The notes beneath the pieces were generated by a model. It worked only from the letters and a program-made list of their open reading frames with translations. It did not search any database and had not been told where the DNA came from. This document shows, piece after piece, positions 27,759 through 35,826 of a DNA stretch of 64,000 nt (position 1 is its first letter; every line of letters begins with the position of its first letter). This DNA is from an uncultured Nitrosopumilales archaeon (GTDB lineage: Archaea; Thermoproteota; Nitrososphaeria; Nitrososphaerales; UBA213): positions 4,244 through 68,243 of the forward strand of contig CAYJSN010000008.1 in assembly GCA_964373125.1 (NCBI GenBank), written 5' to 3'. Made by a program: the position numbers and the translations under genes.

Positions 27759-28278
27759 GATCGGTCACAGGTACGTGCGGGACTATCGAGTTACGACGCA
27801 CGTAGCCCTGGTGGCAAGGGCGTTTGGCGCTGAAAGGATGTTTGTTACGGATGCCGAGGACGAGATCGGGAAGACGGTAGCCGAGGTGAACGAGCGGTGG
27901 GGCGGCGAGTTCGTGGTTGAGCAGGTATCTAACTGGAAGGACGTAGTAAGAGACTGGAAAAAGCACGGCAGGGTCGTGCACCTTACGATGTACGGGGTCA
28001 ACGTTGACGATGCAATGCCGCGCATCAGGGAGGAGAAGCAGGATTTGTTGGTGGTGATCGGCGCCGAGAAGGTTCCACGGGAGGTTTACGATATGAGCGA
28101 CTACAACGTCTCCATAGGCAACCAGCCCCACTCGGAGATAGCCGCGCTTGCGATCTTCCTCGACAGGCTCTTTGAGGGCAGGGAGCTGAAGCGAAACTAT
28201 GATGGAAAGATCAGGATCGTGCCGAGTGCCAAGGGAAAGGACATCAGGGCGTCCGGCGAAGAAACCCCGGACGAATGA
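27739..28278 (+). CDS. trm56: tRNA (cytidine56-2'-O)-methyltransferase aTrm56 (SPOUT)
   Basis: 179 aa. [69 protein letters not shown]. Confidence 0.9.
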   Translation: [179 protein letters not shown]

Positions 28279-28281
28279 TCC

Positions 28282-28348
28282 GGTGCACGGACTTTTATCG
28301 TCATCCCCCTCAAAAGGGTCGGTTCGCCCATCGAAAGTGCCGTGCACC
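28282..28348. other. Long-range inverted repeat / hairpin between convergent genes
   Basis: ggtgcacggacttt (28282-28295) pairs with aaagt-g-ccgtgcacc (28334-28348): 14 bp with a 1-nt bulge and a 38-nt interior. Confidence 0.4.
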
Positions 28349-28397
28349 AGACCAAGATAACTTGGGCAATTTCAGATTAAAAGTATGCGGATCGGGT

Positions 28398-28793
28398 TTA
28401 CGAATCCACGACCTCGATCGTACTCTTCCCCGCGTCGACCCTTACCCTAGAGCCGGCTCTTACCGAGAATATCTCTCCCTCGGCCTTGTCAACCAGTGGG
28501 ATGCACGCTATCGCGCACCCCGATGCGGTGGTTATGTCTGCCCTGCCGCAGATCACGGCCCGCGGCGCCACGCCGTTGATCCTCAATGCATAGATAGAAT
28601 ATGCGCCGACACTGCTCCCGATCGCGTTCGGAAAAATTAGAATCTTATCGGCGATCTTCCTGCCGTGGAGCTCGTGGCTTTCATCGGTAACATCGCCGCT
28701 CGTAGGGTCTATCATGGCGAGGAAGTTTATCGGCTGCCTTGTGACCAGGGCCTCGCCCTCGCCGGTGCCCCCAACTATTGCCCGGCACTTCAT
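28398..28793 (-). CDS. Aconitase X swivel-domain protein (AcnX small subunit; phosphomevalonate dehydratase small subunit candidate)
   Basis: 131 aa from MKCRAIVGGTGEGEALV...INFL. Start overlaps the large-subunit stop by 1 nt (TGATG). Confidence 0.8.
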   Translation of the reverse strand: MKCRAIVGGTGEGEALVTRQPINFLAMIDPTSGDVTDESHELHGRKIADKILIFPNAIGSSVGAYSIYALRINGVAPRAVICGRADITTASGCAIACIPLVDKAEGEIFSVRAGSRVRVDAGKSTIEVVDS

Positions 28794-29947
28794 CACTCGC
28801 ATTCTTCGCTCACTATCTCCTTCAGGCTCTTCAGGCAGACGCCCACCCTGTTCCAGCTCTTCAGGTAGTAGGCACCCTTGATGCTGTTCGTTATTACTGC
28901 ATCGACGTCCCTGCGGTCTATCAGCGGTGTCAAGCATGTACAACAGTCGCACAGCATCTCCGCCCCAGCCCGCTCGATCCTGTCTGTATGACCCAACTTC
29001 TTGGCGCTTTCGTAGGCCGTCCTTGCGCAGAAGATCAGGCACCGCTTCTTGAACCTTCTTCCTTCAAGCATATCGGCAAGAACCGAGAGGTCATCCACTC
29101 CAAGCTGGGGGCTGCCGAGCGCGATGATGTCTCCGCGGTCGCTGGTGTACAGCTCGTCCCTTGTCCTTCTGGCCTCCTCCCTCCCGTACTCGATCTTCTC
29201 CATGTTAGGAGCTTCCTCCGTTGTGAACATGCCGCAGGAGCCCGAGGTGCCGAGCGCGGCCGAGAGCGCCTTTGCGTTCCTCTTGCTAAGGGAGCCTATC
29301 CCTGATAACGCGATCGAGGCGTCCGACGCCTTGCCGGCAAAGTATCCCAGCAGGCCGTAGTCGAGCTCGCTCTCAAGGTTGAGCCCGGCCCTGACGCACT
29401 TCTTCGGGTGCCTGAACTCCTCCAGCCTCAGCTCGGAACAGGGAGCCTTGCCGGTGAGCGAGCTGGCGAGCGCGCTCAGGCCGCTCTCCTTGTTCGTCCG
29501 CAGCCCCATCACCGAATTCGCATAAACAGCCGCATTGCTCTCGGCGAAGCTCACGTCCGCACCCCTGCCCGGGAGGTCGAAGACCTCGTAGGGGATGCAG
29601 GTCAGCGACTTGGCTAAGCCCATCCGCTCGTAGGCGCCCACGATCCTGTTTTGCCTCTCCACGAACCTGCCTCCCGGCATCGGATCTTTCTTAAGCGGGT
29701 CGAAGCCCATCGGGTTGATCGTGCTCTTCACAGCCGTCCTGCCGTCCCTGCTAAGCTTCTCCAGCAGCTCGAGCCCGGCGTCTCCGATCGTGTTGTAGTT
29801 CACGCCCGATACGTGGGCCCACCTGATCGGCACCATCTTTTCAGCGTCTGTGGCCTCGCCGATCGCGAGCAATATCCTGTAAGCGGTGGCCAGAGCTTCC
29901 CCGTGCTCGCCCTTCAGCGCCTTCTCCTCGTCACTGGTCAGTTGCAA
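28793..29947 (-). CDS. Aconitase X catalytic-domain protein (AcnX large subunit; phosphomevalonate dehydratase large subunit candidate)
   Basis: 384 aa. MQLTSDEEKALKGEHGEA...IRWAHVSGV. Aconitase-X (DUF521) length and layout. Confidence 0.8.
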   Translation of the reverse strand: MQLTSDEEKALKGEHGEALATAYRILLAIGEATDAEKMVPIRWAHVSGVNYNTIGDAGLELLEKLSRDGRTAVKSTINPMGFDPLKKDPMPGGRFVERQNRIVGAYERMGLAKSLTCIPYEVFDLPGRGADVSFAESNAAVYANSVMGLRTNKESGLSALASSLTGKAPCSELRLEEFRHPKKCVRAGLNLESELDYGLLGYFAGKASDASIALSGIGSLSKRNAKALSAALGTSGSCGMFTTEEAPNMEKIEYGREEARRTRDELYTSDRGDIIALGSPQLGVDDLSVLADMLEGRRFKKRCLIFCARTAYESAKKLGHTDRIERAGAEMLCDCCTCLTPLIDRRDVDAVITNSIKGAYYLKSWNRVGVCLKSLKEIVSEECE

Positions 29948-30037
29948 CAGCCACGCTTGGTCCGTTCATCATAATAATCTTTCACCGGCACGAAGAAAAG
30001 ATAAGATAATAACGAACGCTGAGCCTCTTCAAACGGC

Positions 30038-30700
30038 ATGGAGATACCGCGCGTGCTGGACCTGATGACGGAGACCCTGAAGCGGACCAGACCCCCCAGG
30101 CTGACCGCGCTGAAGGAGCTGCAGGAAGAGGAGGAGGGCGATCCTCTAAAGATACTGATCGGGACCATACTCTCTGCCCGCACTAGGGACGAGAACTCCA
30201 AGGTCGCTGTGAATAACCTCTTCCGGAGGTACAGCACCGTCGAGGAATTGGCAGATTCCGACCCGAAGGAGGTCGAGAAGCTCATCAAGCCCGCCGGGTT
30301 CTACCGCGTCAAGTCAAGAAGGATCAGGGAGGTTGCAAGAACACTGCTGGAGGAGTTCGGCGGGAAGGTTCCCGAGAAGATCGAGGACCTGCTGAGGCTT
30401 CCCGGCGTTGGTAGGAAGACCGCCAACTGCGTCCTCGTCTATGCCTTCGAGAAGCCGGCCATCCCGGTTGACACGCATGTCCACAGGATCGCGAACCGCC
30501 TCGGGCTGGTGGAGACAAAGACGCCCGAGCAGACCGAGGCCGAGCTGGCGACGAAGGTGGAGAAGCGGTACTGGACCAGGATCAACGATACATTCGTGAT
30601 GTTCGGGCAGAACATCTGCAGGCCCGTGGGCCCGCTCTGCGGTCAGTGCCTGCTCAGGCGAGGCTGCAGGTACTACCGGGAGATCAGGTCCGCCTCTTGA
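30038..30700 (+). CDS. nth: Endonuclease III
   Basis: 220 aa. HhH-GPD LPGVGRKTANCVL, PVDTHVHRI. FeS loop C-x6-C-x2-C-x5-C (CRPVGPLCGQCLLRRGC). Confidence 0.9.
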   Translation: MEIPRVLDLMTETLKRTRPPRLTALKELQEEEEGDPLKILIGTILSARTRDENSKVAVNNLFRRYSTVEELADSDPKEVEKLIKPAGFYRVKSRRIREVARTLLEEFGGKVPEKIEDLLRLPGVGRKTANCVLVYAFEKPAIPVDTHVHRIANRLGLVETKTPEQTEAELATKVEKRYWTRINDTFVMFGQNICRPVGPLCGQCLLRRGCRYYREIRSAS

Positions 30701-31355
30701 TCTTCAGCAGCGTCAGGATCACACCGGCCACGGCCACGAGGAGGATGATGGGCGTCAGCATTACCGGGTTTTCCATCGGGTTCCCGGAGACGATGTCAAA
30801 CACGATCTCCCCGGCTACAGCGTTAGCAGGGTCCTCGACCAGATCCCTGCCGTAGACCTCGACGGTGCCAAGGGCCAAGGGACCTATCCTGAACTTGTCC
30901 AGCACGATCCTCTGCCCGTTGGCAACGCTCAGCCTCTCGTTCGCTATGTACGACAAACTGACCTCCCTGCCCTCGAACCAGCCCTGCTCGCTCCCGAAGA
31001 GCTGCGCTTGGCCGGACTCCTCGCTGGCAAACGTGGCCACGAAGGTCCGCGTAGGATCGCCGAACATCGCGAGCTCGATGTACCTCTCGCTCGCAGGATC
31101 CTCCTTCAGGCGCATCACGACCTTGGCATCGGGGTTCTCGGGGTCGTATGTGAGTTCGTTGATTATGGTCAGGATCCAGTCTCCTATGTGCTTGGACTCG
31201 AAGAGGTACTGCTCGGGGTTCTTCCGGTCGGCATTTGCCGCTGTATACGGAATCGTGATTCGCTCGATCTTCATGCTGCCCTCCTGGGCCTCGGCTATGC
31301 CAACAAGGAACCCGGCGATTAGCAGGCCGGCTATGAAGAAAGAAATTATCTTCAC
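30684..31355 (-). CDS. Exported protein with signal peptide and C-terminal TM anchor + basic tail
   Basis: 223 aa. N-terminus MKIISFFIAGLLIAGFLVGIAEAQ. C-terminus PIILLVAVAGVILTLLKIKRRT. Confidence 0.55.
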   Translation of the reverse strand: MKIISFFIAGLLIAGFLVGIAEAQEGSMKIERITIPYTAANADRKNPEQYLFESKHIGDWILTIINELTYDPENPDAKVVMRLKEDPASERYIELAMFGDPTRTFVATFASEESGQAQLFGSEQGWFEGREVSLSYIANERLSVANGQRIVLDKFRIGPLALGTVEVYGRDLVEDPANAVAGEIVFDIVSGNPMENPVMLTPIILLVAVAGVILTLLKIKRRT

Positions 31356-31433
31356 AGGTGGCAGTAAAAATATCCAGTAATAAAAACTAAATTATGACTT
31401 ACAGTTTATTATTCCCGGCCGGTAATAGGATCT

Positions 31434-31934
31434 GTGGGAAGGAATAAGAAGTTAGGGATAGCCGGCATCTTTCTGGGGATCATCCTGATAACCTCGCTCG
31501 TGGCGCTCACCGGCTCCCAGCCAGCTGCAAGCACGATAAAGGAGCTGGAGGTGAAGCGTGAGCAGAAGCTGGATGTCATCGACACAGCGTCGGTCTACTG
31601 GCAGCAGGGCCTGATCGGATCCGACGAGTTCATCGAGGTCATCAACCAGTCGATAACGGACACTGACGCCCTGCGCGCGGAGTACCTCGCGCTCAGCGTC
31701 TCCCCGAGGTACGACGAGTACAGGAACCTGTCGCTAAATTCGCTGGACAGGCAGAAGGAGGCCTTTGTAAAGTTGAGGGAGTATGTGGAGACCGGCGACC
31801 AAGAGCAGAGGCCGGCCGTCCGCGAGGAGTTCGACAGGCTTATACTCTTGTCCTTCGAGTACCGGAGGGACGCCCTGAGGGAGCTGAACCTGATCGAGCT
31901 GGAGAAGATAGGAACCGTGAACGCGCTGCCCTGA
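31434..31934 (+). CDS. N-terminally anchored helical protein (paralog of 55547-56053)
   Basis: 166 aa, GTG start. TM GIAGIFLGIILITSLVAL, then a charged helical ectodomain. Confidence 0.5.
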   Translation: MGRNKKLGIAGIFLGIILITSLVALTGSQPAASTIKELEVKREQKLDVIDTASVYWQQGLIGSDEFIEVINQSITDTDALRAEYLALSVSPRYDEYRNLSLNSLDRQKEAFVKLREYVETGDQEQRPAVREEFDRLILLSFEYRRDALRELNLIELEKIGTVNALP

Positions 31935-31942
31935 TTCGATGA

Positions 31943-33121
31943 TTATTCAACGAACGGGTCCTTCCAGCCCAAGATGAGGTCCGCGATCTCGGGCCGCATC
32001 AGGAGCTCCGGCGGCCTCTCACCGCTCGTCACCATCTGCCTCAGCTTCGTGCCGCTGAGCTCGAGCCTGTGCTGGGGATCGTGCGGGCATGTCTTTTCGC
32101 TCACAGTGCCCATGCAGACCTTGCAGTAAAAGAAGGCCGGGAAGAAGACCGGCTTTATCTCCAGGTCGGGGTAGTCCTTGAAGATCTCTTGGGCAGCGAA
32201 GGGGGGATAGTAAGAGCCAACGCCCGCGTGATCCCGCCCGACTATGAAGTGCGAGCAGCCGAAGTTCTTCCGCATTATCGCGTGCAGGATGGCCTCCTTC
32301 GGACCGGCGTAGCGCATCTCGGTGTGCAGGGTCACGAACTCGACCTTGTCCTGCGGGAAGTACCTGTCTAGCAGGGTCTCGTAGGCCCTGATGATGACCT
32401 CGTCCTTAAAGTCGCCGGCCTTCTTCCTCCCGATCAGGGGGTTGATGAATAAGCCGTCGAAGAAGTTCAGCACGGATTTCTGGAGGGCCTCGTGGGCCAT
32501 GTGGGGTATGTTCCTGGTCTGGAAGCCGACGACGGTCCTCCAGCCGTTCCTTCTAAATGCGTCCCTTGTCAGCGGGGGTGTCAGCCTGTGCGTCCGCAGG
32601 TCGCCGCCCTGTTGCCTGTCGATGAGATCGACCCTGCCACCGGCGAGCATCTCCCTCATGCTCATCGTCTTGGCCACGCCCGGGTGCGCCGTATCCTCGG
32701 TCTGGTAAACAGACTTGGCCATCTCCCGCCTGTCGAACCTGTAAACATCTTCGACATGCATGATCGCAAATATCCTGCCGGCCTCGTCCTTTATCGCAAC
32801 GTCGCGCGAGTCCTTCATCCCGGCCGCCGTGCGCTCGTCTACGTCCAGCACTATCGGCACCGTCCAGGCGATGCCATTTGCAAGCCTGCCCCGCCGGATC
32901 ACTTCCGCAAAGTCATGCTCGGGCAGGAACCCCTCGAGGGGGCTGAAGATGCCGTCGGCTATGTTCTCGATATCGTTGACCAGGTCACTGTCCACGGTTA
33001 TGCTCATCAGTTCCTTCGAGTCGTTCTGCGCCCGCTCCAAGGCCCTCCCTGAGAGGACCCGGTTCACAAGCACGCCGCCGTGGGGGGAAGGTATCCCACC
33101 GCTTTCGCTCAAAACTATCAC
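31943..33121 (-). CDS. sat: Sulfate adenylyltransferase (ATP sulfurylase)
   Basis: 392 aa from GTG (GTGA overlap with the cysH stop). PHGG, GFQTRNIPHMAHE, VGRDHAGVG, LSGTKLRQM. Confidence 0.9.
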   Translation of the reverse strand: MIVLSESGGIPSPHGGVLVNRVLSGRALERAQNDSKELMSITVDSDLVNDIENIADGIFSPLEGFLPEHDFAEVIRRGRLANGIAWTVPIVLDVDERTAAGMKDSRDVAIKDEAGRIFAIMHVEDVYRFDRREMAKSVYQTEDTAHPGVAKTMSMREMLAGGRVDLIDRQQGGDLRTHRLTPPLTRDAFRRNGWRTVVGFQTRNIPHMAHEALQKSVLNFFDGLFINPLIGRKKAGDFKDEVIIRAYETLLDRYFPQDKVEFVTLHTEMRYAGPKEAILHAIMRKNFGCSHFIVGRDHAGVGSYYPPFAAQEIFKDYPDLEIKPVFFPAFFYCKVCMGTVSEKTCPHDPQHRLELSGTKLRQMVTSGERPPELLMRPEIADLILGWKDPFVE

Positions 33122-33849
33122 TTTTTCTTCAGGGGGTTGAAGTGTAGGCCGCACTCCTTGTGGGCGTCCTGCTCCCACCACCACCTTCCCGCCCTGAGGT
33201 CCTCGCCCGGCTTTACCGCCCTGGTGCAGGGCTCGCACCCTATGCTCGGGTATCCTGTGTCGTGCAGCTTGTTGTAGGAAATATCGTTCTTCCTTATGTA
33301 GTCCCAGACCATCTCCCAGGTCCAGTCGGCAATCGGGTTCATCTTCACCATGTTGCCGTGCCCGGCATCGATCTCGATCTTCTTCGTCGTCGCCCTGGTG
33401 GCGACCTGATCCCGCCGCAGGCCGGTTATCCATGCGTCTAACTTACTCAGCGCCCTGTTCAGCGGATGGACCTTCCTTATCTCGCAGCAGAGCTTCCTGT
33501 TATCGACGCTGTGGTAGAAGAGGTTGAGCCCGTGCTGCCTCACCATGTCCTCGACCTCCTTCTGGTCGGGGAAGTAGATCTCGATCGTAATGTCATATTT
33601 GTCGCGTATGGTGTCCATCACATCGTAGGTCTCTTGGTTCAGGCGGCCGGTGTCCAGCGTGAAGATCTTTGCGTCCTTCCTGATCTTCGCGAGCATGTCT
33701 ATCACCACCACATCCTCCGCGCCGAAGCTCGAGGCAAGCGCGACCCTTGGGTGGAAGGTATCCAGTCCCCACCTGAGGACCTCCTGGGCGCTCTTGTCCT
33801 CCATCGCGCCGGAGATCTTCTGGATTTCTTCCGGACTCATCTTAAGCAT
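33118..33849 (-). CDS. cysH: Adenylylsulfate (APS)/PAPS reductase, FeS-type CysH
   Basis: 243 aa from MLKMSPEE. SFGAEDVVV PP-motif. Cys pair RKLCCEIRKV plus GCEPCT (FeS-type signature). C-terminal ECGLH. Confidence 0.9.
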   Translation of the reverse strand: MLKMSPEEIQKISGAMEDKSAQEVLRWGLDTFHPRVALASSFGAEDVVVIDMLAKIRKDAKIFTLDTGRLNQETYDVMDTIRDKYDITIEIYFPDQKEVEDMVRQHGLNLFYHSVDNRKLCCEIRKVHPLNRALSKLDAWITGLRRDQVATRATTKKIEIDAGHGNMVKMNPIADWTWEMVWDYIRKNDISYNKLHDTGYPSIGCEPCTRAVKPGEDLRAGRWWWEQDAHKECGLHFNPLKKK

Positions 33850-33945
33850 GGCTCCCCCAACCCAAGTATCTCTTATAATTATTGCTCCTCTTGCACTGCG
33901 CTGTACGAAATCCTCTCTGCATTTATCTGAGAGCATGGATGGCGG

Positions 33946-34401
33946 CTAGAGCTGGCTTTCTATGCCGGCAGGTCTGGTCATCCACCAGAGCCCGTGGAAC
34001 CACAGCCCCAGCGCGGCGACCGGCACGAGCAGCTGCTGCATGTCGAGTATGAACAGTATGTTCGAGATCACGGCAAACCAAGAGGCAGACGCGAACACCA
34101 GCACTATTACATCGTAGTACTTGGTCATCTTCCTGAGGTGCCTGTAGAAGACGTAGACCGCCGGGATGCCGGTCAGGAACTTCACGACCACGAAGGCGTC
34201 GAGCCCGTAGAGGTTGTAAACCACGCTGGTCTCCACATAGGCGGGCACCAAACTTAGCGATATCCCGTAGTACGTTATCAGCGTGTCCAGGACTATGAAT
34301 GCCAGGCAGAATGAGAGTATCTTCAGGATGACACTCCTGCTTCCTAAAAGCTCTCCTCTCAGCATTCCGTAACTCGGCAAAGTACATGCTACTATCGTCA
34401 A
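33946..34401 (-). CDS. Hypothetical polytopic membrane protein
   Basis: 151 aa, 4 hydrophobic segments. The competing frame 33923-34387 is Arg/Ala-rich junk. Confidence 0.55.
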   Translation of the reverse strand: MTIVACTLPSYGMLRGELLGSRSVILKILSFCLAFIVLDTLITYYGISLSLVPAYVETSVVYNLYGLDAFVVVKFLTGIPAVYVFYRHLRKMTKYYDVIVLVFASASWFAVISNILFILDMQQLLVPVAALGLWFHGLWWMTRPAGIESQL

Positions 34402-34462
34402 AACGTAATATAATTGAGGGTCGCCGTTATTTTACAAAGAAGGTCGTGCGTTGTTAATGATT

Positions 34463-35749
34463 TCAGGGATAAACCCGCGTAATTGTTCTGGGAAACAACG
34501 ATGTCGCGCGGATATGTTTCAAATTGCATATCCATCTTACGGAGCGTTCCACCCCGATCCCGAAGCCGGCGTGCGGGGGCATCCCGTACCTGCGCAGGTC
34601 GACATACCACTGGAAGGATTCCGCCGGTAGTTCCTGCTTCTTCAGCCGGTCCAGCAGGGCGTTGTGGTCGTTTATCCTCTGCCCTCCCGTGGCGATCTCG
34701 CCGAAGCCCTCCGGCGCTATCAGGTCGGCCGAGAGCGTGTTCCTGTCGTCCTCCGGCTTGGTCATGTGGTAGAAGCTCCTTGCGCTCAGCGGGTAATCGG
34801 TGATGAAGAACGGCTTGTCGAACATCTTTGATATCAGGCGCTCCGCCTCCGTTGGTATGTCCTCGCCCCACTCGAAGCCGATCCCGTTCTTCGCTGCCGT
34901 CTCTCTAGCTTCGTCGTAGGTTATCCTGGGGAAGGGCTTCTCGGGCACGCTGAACTCTCTCCCGAGGATCTCAAGCTCTCTGCTCCGCTTCTCGGCTATC
35001 CGGCTGCAGACGTGGTTGACGAGGTCCTCCTGCAGCTTCATGTTTTCCTGCTGGGTGTTGAAGGCGACCTCGGCCTCGATCATGACAAACTCGGTCAGGT
35101 GCTTGGCCGTCTTCGACTTTTCGGCCCTGAAGGCCGGCTGCACCACGAAGACCCTGCCGAAGGCGCAGATCGCGGCCTCCTCGTACAGCTGCGCGCTCTG
35201 CGTGAGGTAGGCCTTCCTCCCAAAGTAGTCTATGCCGAAGAGGGTGGAGCCGCCCTCGACGGCCGAGCCCACGATCGAGGGCGCGCTTATCAGTACAAAA
35301 TCACGCTCTTCGAAAAAGTCCACGGCCGCAAGGATGAACTCCGACCTTATCTTCATTACCGAGCTGCTCTTCCTCCCTCTTATCGAGAGGTGCCTGTTGT
35401 CGTAGAGAAACGCCGACGACCTGACGGCGCTCTTGGTTATCGGCCACTGCGCTGATGGCGCGATGATCTCGAACTCCCTGATGGTGAGCTCTTTTCCGCC
35501 CGGCGCGCGGGGATCGTCCCTGAGCTCGCCCTTCACGCTGACGGCGGACTCGATCGCAACGTCCTTCATCCTGTCAAGGCAAGGCCCGTCGGTTACGCCC
35601 TTCTTCCCGACTATCTGGATGTATCCCGAGCCGTCGCGCAGGAGGATGAAGAGCAGTGCTCCGACCGTGCTCTTGGTGACGACCCATCCATTCAGCTCGA
35701 CCGTGCTGCCGCCCGCAAGTTTTAGAGAATCGCTGATCGATTGAACCAA
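34463..35749 (-). CDS. aspS: Aspartate--tRNA ligase (archaeal type)
   Basis: 428 aa. OB-fold N-domain, class II motif 2 FRAEKSKTAKHLTEF, motif 3 GFGIGVERSV, C-terminus FPRTITRVYP. Confidence 0.85.
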   Translation of the reverse strand: MVQSISDSLKLAGGSTVELNGWVVTKSTVGALLFILLRDGSGYIQIVGKKGVTDGPCLDRMKDVAIESAVSVKGELRDDPRAPGGKELTIREFEIIAPSAQWPITKSAVRSSAFLYDNRHLSIRGRKSSSVMKIRSEFILAAVDFFEERDFVLISAPSIVGSAVEGGSTLFGIDYFGRKAYLTQSAQLYEEAAICAFGRVFVVQPAFRAEKSKTAKHLTEFVMIEAEVAFNTQQENMKLQEDLVNHVCSRIAEKRSRELEILGREFSVPEKPFPRITYDEARETAAKNGIGFEWGEDIPTEAERLISKMFDKPFFITDYPLSARSFYHMTKPEDDRNTLSADLIAPEGFGEIATGGQRINDHNALLDRLKKQELPAESFQWYVDLRRYGMPPHAGFGIGVERSVRWICNLKHIRATSLFPRTITRVYP

Positions 35750-35826
35750 TCGCTTCAGGCTCTTATCTGGCGGTTCCCGTTATAAGGTTAATCGACGCGA
35801 TGGACTTTCGGAAAAGCAGAGATTTG

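Noticed and set aside
27661-28347. 228-aa minus-strand ORF
   Set aside because: Antisense to the highly recognisable aTrm56 gene.
28282-28348. tRNA-like element (perfect 7-bp acceptor-like ends GGTGCAC/GTGCACC, 67 nt)
   Set aside because: Neither strand can be folded into D, anticodon and T arms. There is no GTTCRANYC T-loop adjacent to the 3' acceptor strand. The stem extends to 14 bp, which is incompatible with a cloverleaf.
28794-29042. N-terminal extension of the AcnX small-subunit ORF (214-aa version)
   Set aside because: Overlaps the C-terminal coding region of the AcnX large subunit in another frame. The swivel-domain homology starts at MKCRAIVGG.
33122-33433. N-terminal 104-aa extension of the sat ORF (496-aa version)
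   Set aside because: Runs through the 3' part of cysH in another frame and is Arg/Gly/Asp-rich. The Sat homology begins at the GTG that overlaps the cysH stop.
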